A stretch of DNA of 46,030 bases from Acidimicrobiales bacterium (lineage in GTDB: Bacteria; Actinomycetota; Acidimicrobiia; Acidimicrobiales; Bog-793), in assembly GCA_035534715.1 (NCBI GenBank), contig DATLRJ010000011.1, positions 1-46,030 on the forward strand. Reading direction: 5' to 3'. Below the pieces are notes generated by a model. It was given only the letters and a program-made list of their open reading frames with translations. It was not told the origin of the DNA and made no database searches. This document shows, one piece after another, positions 18,151-26,273 of this stretch. Both the position numbers and the translations under genes were made by a program. The number at the start of each line of letters is the position of its first letter. The first letter of the stretch is position 1.

Positions 18151-21100
18151 GAGATTTCGGCCGCCGGCGTGTCGGGGCGGAGCCACACGGTAATGGCGCC
18201 GAGCTCGGCCGTGCTCGTCGTTGCGTCTCGCCATCTCGGATCTGTCGGAGCGGCGCTGCCGGCCGGAACGACCTCGAGGGCCGTCGCGAGCGTCTGCGAC
18301 GCGACCTCCTGCTGCCACCGGGTGACCTCTCGGGGCCCCGCGGCAGGCTCTTCCTCGTCGTCGCGAGGGTCCCACGCTCCGAGCAGCTCGACGCCGGCAT
18401 CCCCCAGGGCGACGACGAGCTCGATGCGGTCTGCGACGTGGAGTCCCGCGTCCTTGCGCAGCTGCTGGACGACGCGCACGAGGTCGCGAGCCGCTCCCTC
18501 GGCCTCGAGCTCGACGCTTACTGCGAGGTCGAGGGAGACGACGCCCGCGTCGCCCGCGAGCACCCGGCCACTGTCCGGGTCGGCCGGGCGGAGGCGCATC
18601 GCGTACTCCCCAGGTGCGAGATGCACGCCGGCGACGTCGACGGTGTCGCCGTGCGCGGTCCACTCGCCCCGGCGCACGGCCGCGATGACCTGCTGGGTCT
18701 GGGGCCCGAGCCGGGGCCCGAGCGCCGCGGGAACGACCGTGAGCTCTGTCGACGCGAAACCGGAGATGTCGTCGACGAGGACGACCTCACGCACGTTGAC
18801 CTCCTCGGCCACGAGGTCGACGAGGTCGCGCAGCCGCGTCGCACCGGGTGCGGCGAACACGAGCCGCGCGAGCGGCAGGCGCGACCGCAGACCCTTCGCC
18901 TTGCGGATCGAGTGTGCCGAGGAGCACAGCTCTCGAACGAGGTCCATCTGCTCGACGAGCGCATCGTCGCGGGGGAGCGTCGCGGCGTCGGGCCAGTCGG
19001 CGAGGTGCACGCTCCGCTCGCCCGTGAGGTCGCGGTAGACGCTCTCGGCGAGGAAGGGGAGCAGCGGCGCGACGAGCCGGCAGAGCACGGAGAGCGCGGT
19101 GTGGAGCGTGTCGTAGGCGTCGTGCTTGTCAGCGTCGCCGTCTCTCGGTGCCGCGCCGTCGACCTCGCCGTCGCGTGGCCGGGTGGCGCTGGCGCCGCGT
19201 GACACTGCCGTCGTGCGCCAGAAGCGCCCTCGGCTCCGGCGCACGTACCAGTTCGTGAGCGCGTCGAGGTACTCGGCGACGACCGCAGTTGCCCCCGGGA
19301 GGTCGTAGGCGTCGAACGCGGCGGTCACCTTCTCGGTGAGGACCCGCGTCTTCGCGAGGAGGTACCGGTCAAGGAGGCCCGTCTGATCGGTGCGCAGCCG
19401 GCCGGTGATCTCGTCGGAGCGCCCGTAGAGGGAGAGGAAGTACCAGCAGTTCCATATGGGGTTCAGCACCTGGCGGACGGGCTCGGCGAAGGCGCGTTCC
19501 GAGACGACGACGTCCTGACCGCGAAGCACGGCCGACGAGCAGAAGTACCAGCGCATCGCGTCGGCGCCCTCGCGGGCGAAGACGTCTTCGGGGTCGGGGT
19601 AGTTCTTGAGGCGCTTCGACAGCTTCCGCCCGTCCTCTCCGAGCACGACCCCGTGCGCGATGCAGTGGGAGAACGCGGGTCGGTCGAAGAGCGCGGCCGC
19701 GAGCACGTGGAGGGTGTAGAACCAGCCGCGCGTCTGGCCGACGTACTCGCAGATGAAGTCCGCCGGGAAATGGGCCTCGAAGCGCCCGGCGTTCTCGAAC
19801 GGATAGTGGAGCTGGGCGAAGGGCATCGAGCCGGACTCGAACCAGCAGTCGAGGACGTCCGTGACGCGGCGCATCGTCGACCGCCCCGTCGAGTCGTCGG
19901 GGTTCGGGCGGGTGAGCTCGTCGATCGCGGGCCGGTGCAGGTCCGAAGGGCGAACGCCGAAGTCGCGCTCGATCTCGTCGAGGCTGGCGTAGACGTCGGT
20001 GCGCGGGTAGCTCGGGTCGTCGCTCCGCCAGATCGGGACCGGAGCCCCCCAGAAGCGGTTGCGCGAGATCGCCCAGTCGCGAGCGCCCTCGAGCCAGTGG
20101 CCGAACGCGCCGTCGCGTACGTGGGGCGGCACCCAGCCGATCTCTCTGTTCAGCTCGATCATGCGCTGCTTGACCGCGGTGACGTTCACGAAGAACGAGC
20201 TCACCGCTCGGTAGATGAGCGGGGTGTCCGTGCGCCAGCAGTGGGGGTAGCTGTGGGTGTGCTGCTCGTGGCGGACGAGCGCGCCGATCGACGCGAGCTT
20301 CTCGACGATCCTCTCGTTCGCGACGAACACCTGCAGGCCCGCGAGGTCAGGGACCGACGCGTCGAAACACCCCCGGTCGTCTACCGGGCGCACGACCGCG
20401 ATCTCATGCTCCTCGCACAGCCGCTGGTCGTCCTCGCCGAACGCCGGTGCCATGTGGACGATCCCCGTGCCCTCGTCGGTCGAGACGAAGTCGCCCGCGA
20501 GGACGACGAACGCGTTCGGCGCGTCGGCGAAGTAGTCGAAAAGCGGCCGGTAGGAGCGCCCGACGAGCCGCGTACCGGGGATCGTCGCGACGACCTGGCC
20601 ACCCTCGAGCTCGGCGGCGTACGTGGCGAGCCGCTCCGAGCTCACGACGACGTGGCGGCCCTCGTGGGCGACGACCGAGTACTCGAGGTCGGCTCCGACC
20701 GCGATCGCGAGGTTCGACGGGAGGGTCCAGGGAGTCGTCGTCCACACGAGGAGCCGGATCGGACCCGAGACGGCCGACATCTCGCGGTCGGTGCCTCGCT
20801 CGCCGTCCGGAGGAGGCATCTCGGGGAGCAGGTCGAATGCGACAGTGACCGCGGGGTCGACCCGCTCGCGGTATGCGTCGTCCTGGCGCGTCTCGAAGTT
20901 CGACAGCGGGGTCTCGCACTCCCAGCAGTAGGGGAGGACCTTGTAGCCCTCGTAGATGAGGCCGCGCTCGTGGAGCGACGCGAACGCCCACATGACGCTC
21001 TCCATGAACGTCGCATCCATGGTCTTGTAGTCGTCCTCGAAGTCGACCCAGCGACCCTGGCGCGTGACGTAGCGCTCCCACGCCTTGGTGTAGCGGAGGA

Positions 21101-21494
21101 CCGACGTCCTGCAGTGGTCGTTGAACCGCTCGATGCCGAAGTCCGTGATCCGCGCTCGTCCCGAGACGCCGAGCTCCTTCTCGGCCTCGGTCTCCGCGGG
21201 CAGTCCGTGGCAGTCCCAGCCGAAGCGGCGCTCGACCCGGTACCCGCGCATCGTCTTGTACCGCGGGATCGCGTCCTTCACGAAGCCGGTGAGCAGGTGG
21301 CCGTAGTGGGGGAGCCCGTTCGCGAATGGCGGCCCGTCGTAGACGACGAGCTCGGGCGCGGCCGCGCGCCTGCGGACCGACTCGCGAAAGGTGTCGTCCC
21401 GCTCCCAGAGCTCGAGGATCGCCTCCTCCATCGCGGGGTAGTCGGGCAGCGCGCCGACCTCCGGATACGGCTCGTGACGGTGCGGGTGCGACAT
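18147..21494 (-). CDS. ileS: Isoleucine--tRNA ligase (long, type 2 form)
   Basis: Lies inside track ORF 18147..21830. The start at ATG 21494 (MSHPHRHEPYPEV..) gives an N-terminus collinear with actinobacterial IleRS as I recall it. It has the HIGH motif PHYGHLL and the KMSKS motif KLSKRLKN. Confidence 0.95.
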   Translation of the reverse strand: MSHPHRHEPYPEVGALPDYPAMEEAILELWERDDTFRESVRRRAAAPELVVYDGPPFANGLPHYGHLLTGFVKDAIPRYKTMRGYRVERRFGWDCHGLPAETEAEKELGVSGRARITDFGIERFNDHCRTSVLRYTKAWERYVTRQGRWVDFEDDYKTMDATFMESVMWAFASLHERGLIYEGYKVLPYCWECETPLSNFETRQDDAYRERVDPAVTVAFDLLPEMPPPDGERGTDREMSAVSGPIRLLVWTTTPWTLPSNLAIAVGADLEYSVVAHEGRHVVVSSERLATYAAELEGGQVVATIPGTRLVGRSYRPLFDYFADAPNAFVVLAGDFVSTDEGTGIVHMAPAFGEDDQRLCEEHEIAVVRPVDDRGCFDASVPDLAGLQVFVANERIVEKLASIGALVRHEQHTHSYPHCWRTDTPLIYRAVSSFFVNVTAVKQRMIELNREIGWVPPHVRDGAFGHWLEGARDWAISRNRFWGAPVPIWRSDDPSYPRTDVYASLDEIERDFGVRPSDLHRPAIDELTRPNPDDSTGRSTMRRVTDVLDCWFESGSMPFAQLHYPFENAGRFEAHFPADFICEYVGQTRGWFYTLHVLAAALFDRPAFSHCIAHGVVLGEDGRKLSKRLKNYPDPEDVFAREGADAMRWYFCSSAVLRGQDVVVSERAFAEPVRQVLNPIWNCWYFLSLYGRSDEITGRLRTDQTGLLDRYLLAKTRVLTEKVTAAFDAYDLPGATAVVAEYLDALTNWYVRRSRGRFWRTTAVSRGASATRPRDGEVDGAAPRDGDADKHDAYDTLHTALSVLCRLVAPLLPFLAESVYRDLTGERSVHLADWPDAATLPRDDALVEQMDLVRELCSSAHSIRKAKGLRSRLPLARLVFAAPGATRLRDLVDLVAEEVNVREVVLVDDISGFASTELTVVPAALGPRLGPQTQQVIAAVRRGEWTAHGDTVDVAGVHLAPGEYAMRLRPADPDSGRVLAGDAGVVSLDLAVSVELEAEGAARDLVRVVQQLRKDAGLHVADRIELVVALGDAGVELLGAWDPRDDEEEPAAGPREVTRWQQEVASQTLATALEVVPAGSAAPTDPRWRDATTSTAELGAITVWLRPDTPAAEIS

Positions 21495-21499
21495 GGCCC

Positions 21500-21506
21500 T
21501 ACAGTA
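21500..21506. promoter_or_regulatory. Overlapping opposite-facing -10-like hexamers (TACAGT plus strand / TACTGT minus strand)
   Basis: TACAGT at 21500-21505 is 8 nt upstream of ATG 21514 (DUF167). TACTGT (complement of 21501-21506) is 6 nt upstream of ileS ATG 21494. Both fit the TANNNT pattern. Confidence 0.4.
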
Positions 21507-21513
21507 TGCGGGC

Positions 21514-21903
21514 ATGGCCGATGAGCTGTTCGACGTGGAGGCGCGCCCGCCCGGCGCCGACGGGCCCGGGGGGCGCGACACGATCGTGCTCCGGATCCAC
21601 GTGCAGCCGGGCGCGGGCCGCGCCGCGGTCGCCGGTCGGCACGGGGACGCACTCCACGTCAGGGTCGCGCCTCCTCCCGCGGACGGACGCGCCAACGCTG
21701 CCGCGGTCGCGCTCGTCGCGGAGCTGCTCGACGTCGCCCCGTCGGCGGTCGAGCTCGTCGGCGGGCAGAAGAGCCGAGCGAAGCGCGTGCGAGTCGCCGG
21801 CGTCGATCTCGAGGTTGCACGGGCGGCCATCGCCGGAGCGATCGACAGGTCGCAGGCCGCGACCGGGCGCCCGCGCGCGACGGGTGGCCGCGCGGGCCGC
21901 TAG
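21514..21903 (+). CDS. DUF167 (YggU-like) protein
   Basis: Lies inside track ORF 21493..21903. ..LRIHVQPGAGRAAVAGRHGDALHVRVAPPPADGRANAAAVALVAELLDV..VELVGGQKSRAKRVRV.. matches the DUF167 pattern. ATG 21514 was chosen; ATG 21493 is an in-frame alternative. Confidence 0.75.
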   Translation: MADELFDVEARPPGADGPGGRDTIVLRIHVQPGAGRAAVAGRHGDALHVRVAPPPADGRANAAAVALVAELLDVAPSAVELVGGQKSRAKRVRVAGVDLEVARAAIAGAIDRSQAATGRPRATGGRAGR

Positions 21904-21955
21904 AACGTCACCGGGCGGGAGGTGACCCTCCGGCCCGGCTCGCGGCGGTGCATCG

Positions 21956-21981
21956 GGTCCGGGCGCAGTCGTGCCCGGACC
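21956..21981 (+). terminator. Perfect 9-bp GC stem hairpin (GGTCCGGGC-8 nt-GCCCGGACC) downstream of DUF167
   Basis: The stems at 21956-21964 and 21973-21981 are exact reverse complements. There is no U-tract, so this would be an I-shaped, factor-independent candidate or a 5' UTR structure of the DksA-like gene. Confidence 0.4.
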
Positions 21982-22068
21982 GCGAGCTTCGCGACGAGGG
22001 ATGTGTCGACGGCTGCGCGGTGATCGGATATGGTCAGGCGCTCGCCCCGAGAGGAGATGCTGAGCACG

Positions 22069-22863
22069 ATGCCTCGCACCACCACCTCTGCCGCAGCGGC
22101 GGCCAAGTCGTCCGTCCCGACGAGGGTCCCGTCGGCCCCCGGTGCACCGGCGGCGAAGTCCACGGCAGCGGCGAAGGCGCCGCCCCCGAAGGAGTCGGCG
22201 CATACCGCGTCCGCGGACTCGCCGGTCAAGTCCGGCGCGGCCAAGGGGGCGAAGGCGGCCGGCACGGCGAGACCGTCCGCGACCCCGAAGTCCGCGGCGG
22301 CGACGGCCCCCACGCCGCCGACGCACAAGTCGCGTCCCGCCGCGAGCAAGGAGGCGCCCGCGCGCGCTCCCGCTCCCGCTCCCGCGAAGCGCGCCCCCGC
22401 TCCTGCCAGGCCTGCCACCCCCCGCGCGGCCGCGGGCGCACCCGCGCCCGCTCCCCGGCGCCAGCCGGCGAAGGCGACCGGCGGGTACACGGCCGACGCG
22501 AAGTTCCTCGCGCGCCAGCACACCTTGCTCACCGAAGAGCGTTCGACCTACCTGGAGCAGGCGCGCAGCCTGCGTGCGGAGGCGGAGTCGCTCGTCGAGG
22601 AGATGGAGCCGGGCGACATCCAGTTCGACGAGGAGTCGGGCGAGGGTGGCACGGTGACCGTCGACCGCGAGCGCGACCTCGCGCTCAGCGCACAAGCCCT
22701 CGCCGCGGTCGAGGAGATCGACGACGCGCTCGTGAAGATGGATCGTGGGACCTACGGCGTGTGCGAAGGGTGCGGCGAGCTCATCCCCGTCGCGCGTCTC
22801 GAGGCGCTGCCGTACGCACGGCTGTGCATCGCGTGCAAGAGCGGAGGGCTGTCCCGCCGTTGA
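22069..22863 (+). CDS. DksA/TraR-family C4 zinc-finger protein with long Ala/Pro/Lys-rich N-terminal extension
   Basis: Lies inside track ORF 22030..22863. The C-terminus GVCEGCGELIPVARLEALPYARLCIACK is the DksA/TraR CxxC..CxxC finger. GGAG sits about 12 nt before ATG 22069; ATG 22030 and 22057 are alternatives. Confidence 0.75.
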   Translation: MPRTTTSAAAAAKSSVPTRVPSAPGAPAAKSTAAAKAPPPKESAHTASADSPVKSGAAKGAKAAGTARPSATPKSAAATAPTPPTHKSRPAASKEAPARAPAPAPAKRAPAPARPATPRAAAGAPAPAPRRQPAKATGGYTADAKFLARQHTLLTEERSTYLEQARSLRAEAESLVEEMEPGDIQFDEESGEGGTVTVDRERDLALSAQALAAVEEIDDALVKMDRGTYGVCEGCGELIPVARLEALPYARLCIACKSGGLSRR

Positions 22864-23465
22864 TCGGACCCGGCGGGCGCACTCCCCGCCCGGCCGCACG
22901 TGGGCGCCGACTCGTCGCCGTCCTCGCGATCGCCGCCGTGGTCGTCGCCGTCGATCAAGTGACGAAGTCACTCGCCGTCGAGCATCTCTCCGCTGGGCCC
23001 GTGCACGTCGTCGGCCCGATCTCGCTCGCGCTCGCCTACAACAGCGGGATCGCCTTCTCGATCGGCTCCGGCCTCACGCTTCCGATCGTCATCGCGGTCG
23101 CGGCACTCGTGGGCGTCGTCGCCTGGGCGGCGCGCGGCGCCAGTAGCGCCGGCGCAACTGCAGCGTTCGGGCTCGTGCTCGGGGGGGCGCTCGGGAACCT
23201 CTCGGACCGGCTCCTCCGCGGCCACAGAGGTGCCGTCGTCGATTTCGTGCACGTCGGGTTCTGGCCGACCTTCAACGTCGCCGACGCGTGCATCGTCTGC
23301 GGCTGCGCCGCGCTCGCCTGGCGGATGTGGCGGCACGGGACGCGCGACCACTCCGAGGTCGCTAGCGGTGCGCCGGCGGCCGGTGGGTCGCCCGCGACCG
23401 GCGGCGATCCGTCTGCGGCGGGCGCGTTGGCGGAGCGCGCCGGCGAAGAGAGCGCGCGCCGGTGA
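22860..23465 (+). CDS. lspA: Lipoprotein signal peptidase (signal peptidase II)
   Basis: Lies inside track ORF 21948..23465. TTG 22860 overlaps the upstream stop and is the only start-like codon before the first TM. It has motifs ..VDQVTK.., ..LAYNSGIAFS.., ..GNLSDR.., ..VVDFV..WPTFNVAD... Confidence 0.85.
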   Translation: MIGPGGRTPRPAARGRRLVAVLAIAAVVVAVDQVTKSLAVEHLSAGPVHVVGPISLALAYNSGIAFSIGSGLTLPIVIAVAALVGVVAWAARGASSAGATAAFGLVLGGALGNLSDRLLRGHRGAVVDFVHVGFWPTFNVADACIVCGCAALAWRMWRHGTRDHSEVASGAPAAGGSPATGGDPSAAGALAERAGEESARR

Positions 23466-24409
23466 CCGACGCCGGCGGGGCGACTGTCGTCCCGGCGAGC
23501 CTCGACGGCGAGCGCGTGGACAAGGTCGTCGCGCTCCTCACGGGCCTGACGAGAGCCGACGTCGCCCGGCTCATCTCGGGCGGGGGCGTCCTGATCGACT
23601 CGCACGCTGTCGACACGCGCCACCGCAAGGTCGCGGCCGGCCAGCAGCTCGAGATCCACGTCGGCGAGGGCTCGGTCGCACACGAGCTGCGCCCCGTCGA
23701 ACCCGAGCGGGCCGAGTTCGTGGTCGTCCACGCGGACGAGTCGATCGTCGTCGTCGACAAGCCGGCCGGTCTCGTCGTGCACCCGGGGGCCGGTCAGCGC
23801 CACGGCACCCTCGCCGGAGGGATCGTCGAGCGGTTCCCGGACATCGCCGCCGCCGCCCTCGCTGGTGCGGGCGAGCCGTCGCGTCCCGGGATCGTCCACC
23901 GCCTGGACAAGGACACGTCCGGCCTCCTCGTCGTCGCGCGCACGCCGGAGGCCTACCGCGCGCTCGTCGCGCAACTCGCGTCTCGCTCGATGGGCCGGAC
24001 CTACCGCGCGCTCGTCGTGGGCGCGATGGCCGCGGAGCAGGGCGTGATCGAAGCGCCGGTCGGGCGGTCCGAGCGCGACCCGACGCGCATGGCGGTCTCC
24101 GCCCGTGGCCGCGAGGCCCGGACGCGCTACCGAGTGCTCGAGCGCTTCCACGAGCCGGCCGACACGACGCTCCTGGAGGTCGAGCTCGACACGGGGCGCA
24201 CGCACCAGATCCGCGTCCACCTCTCGGCGATCGGCCATCCGGTGCTCGGCGACCCCCGCTACGGAGGGCGGAGCCGGGAGATCTCGTGCCCGCGGCCGTT
24301 CCTCCATGCGGAGCGACTGCGCCTCGTCCACCCCGCGGACCAGCTACCACGCGAGTACACCTCGACGCTGCCCGCGGACCTCGTCTCAGTGCTCTCCGGC
24401 CTCCACTGA
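23462..24409 (+). CDS. rluD: RluA-family 23S rRNA pseudouridine synthase (RluD-like)
   Basis: Track ORF 23462..24409, with GTG overlapping the lspA stop. It has an S4-like N-terminus, the catalytic HRLDKDTSGLLVVA, and ..GRTHQIRVHL..GHP..GD..Y. Confidence 0.9.
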   Translation: MTDAGGATVVPASLDGERVDKVVALLTGLTRADVARLISGGGVLIDSHAVDTRHRKVAAGQQLEIHVGEGSVAHELRPVEPERAEFVVVHADESIVVVDKPAGLVVHPGAGQRHGTLAGGIVERFPDIAAAALAGAGEPSRPGIVHRLDKDTSGLLVVARTPEAYRALVAQLASRSMGRTYRALVVGAMAAEQGVIEAPVGRSERDPTRMAVSARGREARTRYRVLERFHEPADTTLLEVELDTGRTHQIRVHLSAIGHPVLGDPRYGGRSREISCPRPFLHAERLRLVHPADQLPREYTSTLPADLVSVLSGLH

Positions 24410-24421
24410 CGGCGCGCCAAC

Positions 24422-24465
24422 CTGCGCTGCCGCCCCCGTCCGGGCTGTCCGGGGGCAGGGCGCAG
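24422..24465. terminator. Imperfect GC-rich hairpin between convergent rluD and the sigma gene
   Basis: CTGCGC (24422-24427) pairs with GCGCAG (24460-24465). The inner stem GCCCCCG (24432-24438) pairs with CGGGGGC (24450-24456). It is a bidirectional terminator candidate. Confidence 0.35.
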
Positions 24466-24486
24466 CTGGCGCGCTCGTGCGATCAC

Positions 24487-24541
24487 CAGGTCGCGCAGGG
24501 AGTCAGGTCGCCCAGGGAGTCAGGTCGCCCAGGGAGTCAGG
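24487..24541. repeat. 17-bp tandem repeat x3.3 (CAGGTCGCSCAGGGAGT) abutting the sigma-factor stop codon
   Basis: Copies at 24487-24503, 24504-24520 and 24521-24537, then the partial CAGG. The sigma stop (TCA on plus, 24537-24539) spans the junction of copy 3 and the partial copy. Confidence 0.9.
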
Positions 24542-25295
24542 CGGCGGGGTGGAGCGCGCCGACCTCTGGCTGGGTCGCGAGGAAGCGCAGAGCCGAGGCC
24601 TCGATGCTCCGGACGCGGCGTACGCCGATCCCGAGCGAGCGGGCGGTGGTCTCGAGCGACGCGGGCGGCTCGCCCGTCAGCCCGAAGCGCATGCGCACGA
24701 CGTCCCGGTCGAGGTCGGGGAGGCGCCTCAGGGCCTCGTCGAGGCGGGCGACGGAGATCGCCTCGGTCACGGTCTCGTCCACCGGCATCTGGTCTCCCGC
24801 GAGCAGGTCGCCGAGCGTTGCCGTCGCCTCGCTCGCGACGGGCTGGTCGAGGCTGGCGACGACGCGCGGAAGGTGCGGCTGGGAGTCGTCTCCCTCGCGG
24901 TCCGCGGCCGCCTCCGCGGCGACGGCGTCCTCGGGGAGGCGGATCGTGCGGCCCTTGGACTGGACCGCGCGCTGGAGGGACTGGCGGATCCACCACGTCG
25001 CGTACGTCGAGAACTTGAAGCCACGCCGCCAGTCGAACTTCTCGACCGCTCGCATCAGCCCGAACGTGCCCTCCTGGACGAGGTCCGTGAGGTCGACGCC
25101 GCGGCCCTGGTAGCGGCGGGCCCAGTGGACCACGAGGCGGAGGTTCGACGAGATCATCTCGTCGCGCGCGGCCTCGTCGCCCGCCTCGACACGCTGCGCG
25201 AGGGCGGTCTGCTCGTCCGACGTCAAGAGGGGGTGCCGACCGACGTCGTCGAGGAACAGCCTCATGAGGTCGGGGCCGGCTCCGGCCCTGTCCAT
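24537..25295 (-). CDS. Sigma-70 family RNA polymerase sigma factor (regions 1.2, 2 and 4 clear, region 3 short)
   Basis: Lies inside track ORF 24537..25895. It has [35 protein letters not shown] (region 2) and [32 protein letters not shown] (region 4). The start was set at ATG 25295 but is uncertain, because the only good SD faces an ATC codon at 25325. Confidence 0.85.
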   Translation of the reverse strand: MDRAGAGPDLMRLFLDDVGRHPLLTSDEQTALAQRVEAGDEAARDEMISSNLRLVVHWARRYQGRGVDLTDLVQEGTFGLMRAVEKFDWRRGFKFSTYATWWIRQSLQRAVQSKGRTIRLPEDAVAAEAAADREGDDSQPHLPRVVASLDQPVASEATATLGDLLAGDQMPVDETVTEAISVARLDEALRRLPDLDRDVVRMRFGLTGEPPASLETTARSLGIGVRRVRSIEASALRFLATQPEVGALHPAA

Positions 25296-25595
25296 CGTGT
25301 CGTCTGGGAATGTCGTGGTGGAGATGGCTTCCTCTCCTTCGCTTCGTGAGCCCGGCGGCGTCTGTCTCGTCCGCGTGCCCGGACCCGTTCTAAGGTTGCA
25401 CCGTTCCCAACACCAGTACGGCGCAGAGCATTCCTGCGGATTGCCGACGGGCTTCTCCAGTCCTGTCCGTGGCGCCGGGCGAGGACCTTCGATGACCCAG
25501 TACATGCGCTCCACCTGCTTCGCGGCGTATCTACGGACGGCGCGCGGCGTCCAGATGTTGAGCCGGACGCCCACCGACGACACCGAGGTGATGAG

Positions 25596-26273
25596 GTGAG
25601 CACCCACTGCGTGCCGGGCGCGGACGCATCCGACGTCGTGTCCACGGCGCAGGGCCAGGCAGGTTCGCGCCTGCGTCCGATCGTGCTCGTGCGTCACGGC
25701 GCGACGACGTGGAGCACGACCGGGCGGCACACGGGTCGCACGGACGTTCCGCTCGACCTCGACGGTCGCGCCCAGGCCGAGGCCGTCGGTCGCCGGCTCG
25801 CGGGCCGACGCTTCGCGGCCGTGCTCTCGAGCCCGTTGGAGCGCGCGCGGCAGACCTGTGACCTCGCGGGGTTCGCAGACGTGGCCGAGGTCCACGCGGA
25901 CCTCGTCGAGTGGGACTACGGCGAGTACGAGGGACTCACGACCGAGGAGATCCGGGAGCGGCGACCGGGGTGGGAGGTCTTCTTCGACGGCTGTCCCGGT
26001 GGGGAGTCACCCGGGCACATCTCGGCCCGTGCGGACCGGGTGCTCGCCAAGATCGCGTCCGTGCTCGACACGCACTCGGATCCCGACCCCGACGGCACCT
26101 CCATCGGCGACCCCGTCGTCGTGTTCTCCCACGGCCACTTCCTGCGGGTCCTCGCGGCGCGATGGCTCGAGCTCGCCCCTCGCGAGGGCCGGCGCCTGCG
26201 CCTCGACACGGGGAGCGTCAGCGAGCTCGCCTTCGAGCGCGACGTGCGCGCGATCGCGACGTGGAACGGCTGA
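25596..26273 (+). CDS. Histidine phosphatase (phosphoglycerate mutase-like) family protein
   Basis: Track ORF 25596..26273. It has the RHG motif ([10 protein letters not shown]), ..[10 protein letters not shown].. and a second catalytic His in [12 protein letters not shown]. In-frame GTG 25683, just before the RHG motif, is an alternative start. Confidence 0.8.
   Translation: MSTHCVPGADASDVVSTAQGQAGSRLRPIVLVRHGATTWSTTGRHTGRTDVPLDLDGRAQAEAVGRRLAGRRFAAVLSSPLERARQTCDLAGFADVAEVHADLVEWDYGEYEGLTTEEIRERRPGWEVFFDGCPGGESPGHISARADRVLAKIASVLDTHSDPDPDGTSIGDPVVVFSHGHFLRVLAARWLELAPREGRRLRLDTGSVSELAFERDVRAIATWNG

Noticed and set aside
19653-21524. 623-aa plus-strand ORF antisense to ileS
   Set aside because: It has the same GC artefact pattern (Arg/Val/Asp/Glu-rich, no motifs). 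The IleRS frame on the minus strand is collinear with known IleRS along its full length.
21495-21900. T-box leader for ileS
   Set aside because: I looked on the minus strand for the conserved T-box core (complement CGCGGTACCACC on the plus strand) and did not see it. The region is occupied by the DUF167 coding sequence. GGGTGGCCGCGCG at about 21882 is on the wrong strand.
23036-24331. 431-aa minus-strand ORF antisense to lspA and rluD
   Set aside because: It has no motifs and is Arg/Asp-rich. The plus-strand genes carry the diagnostic FNVAD and HRLDKDTSG motifs.
25296-25505. In-frame upstream extension of the sigma factor ([12 protein letters not shown]...FPDDT) that would add about 70 residues
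   Set aside because: By my hand count roughly a third of these codons end in A or T. That is far more than in genuine genes of this window, and the peptide matches no sigma region 1.1. It is treated as 5' UTR.
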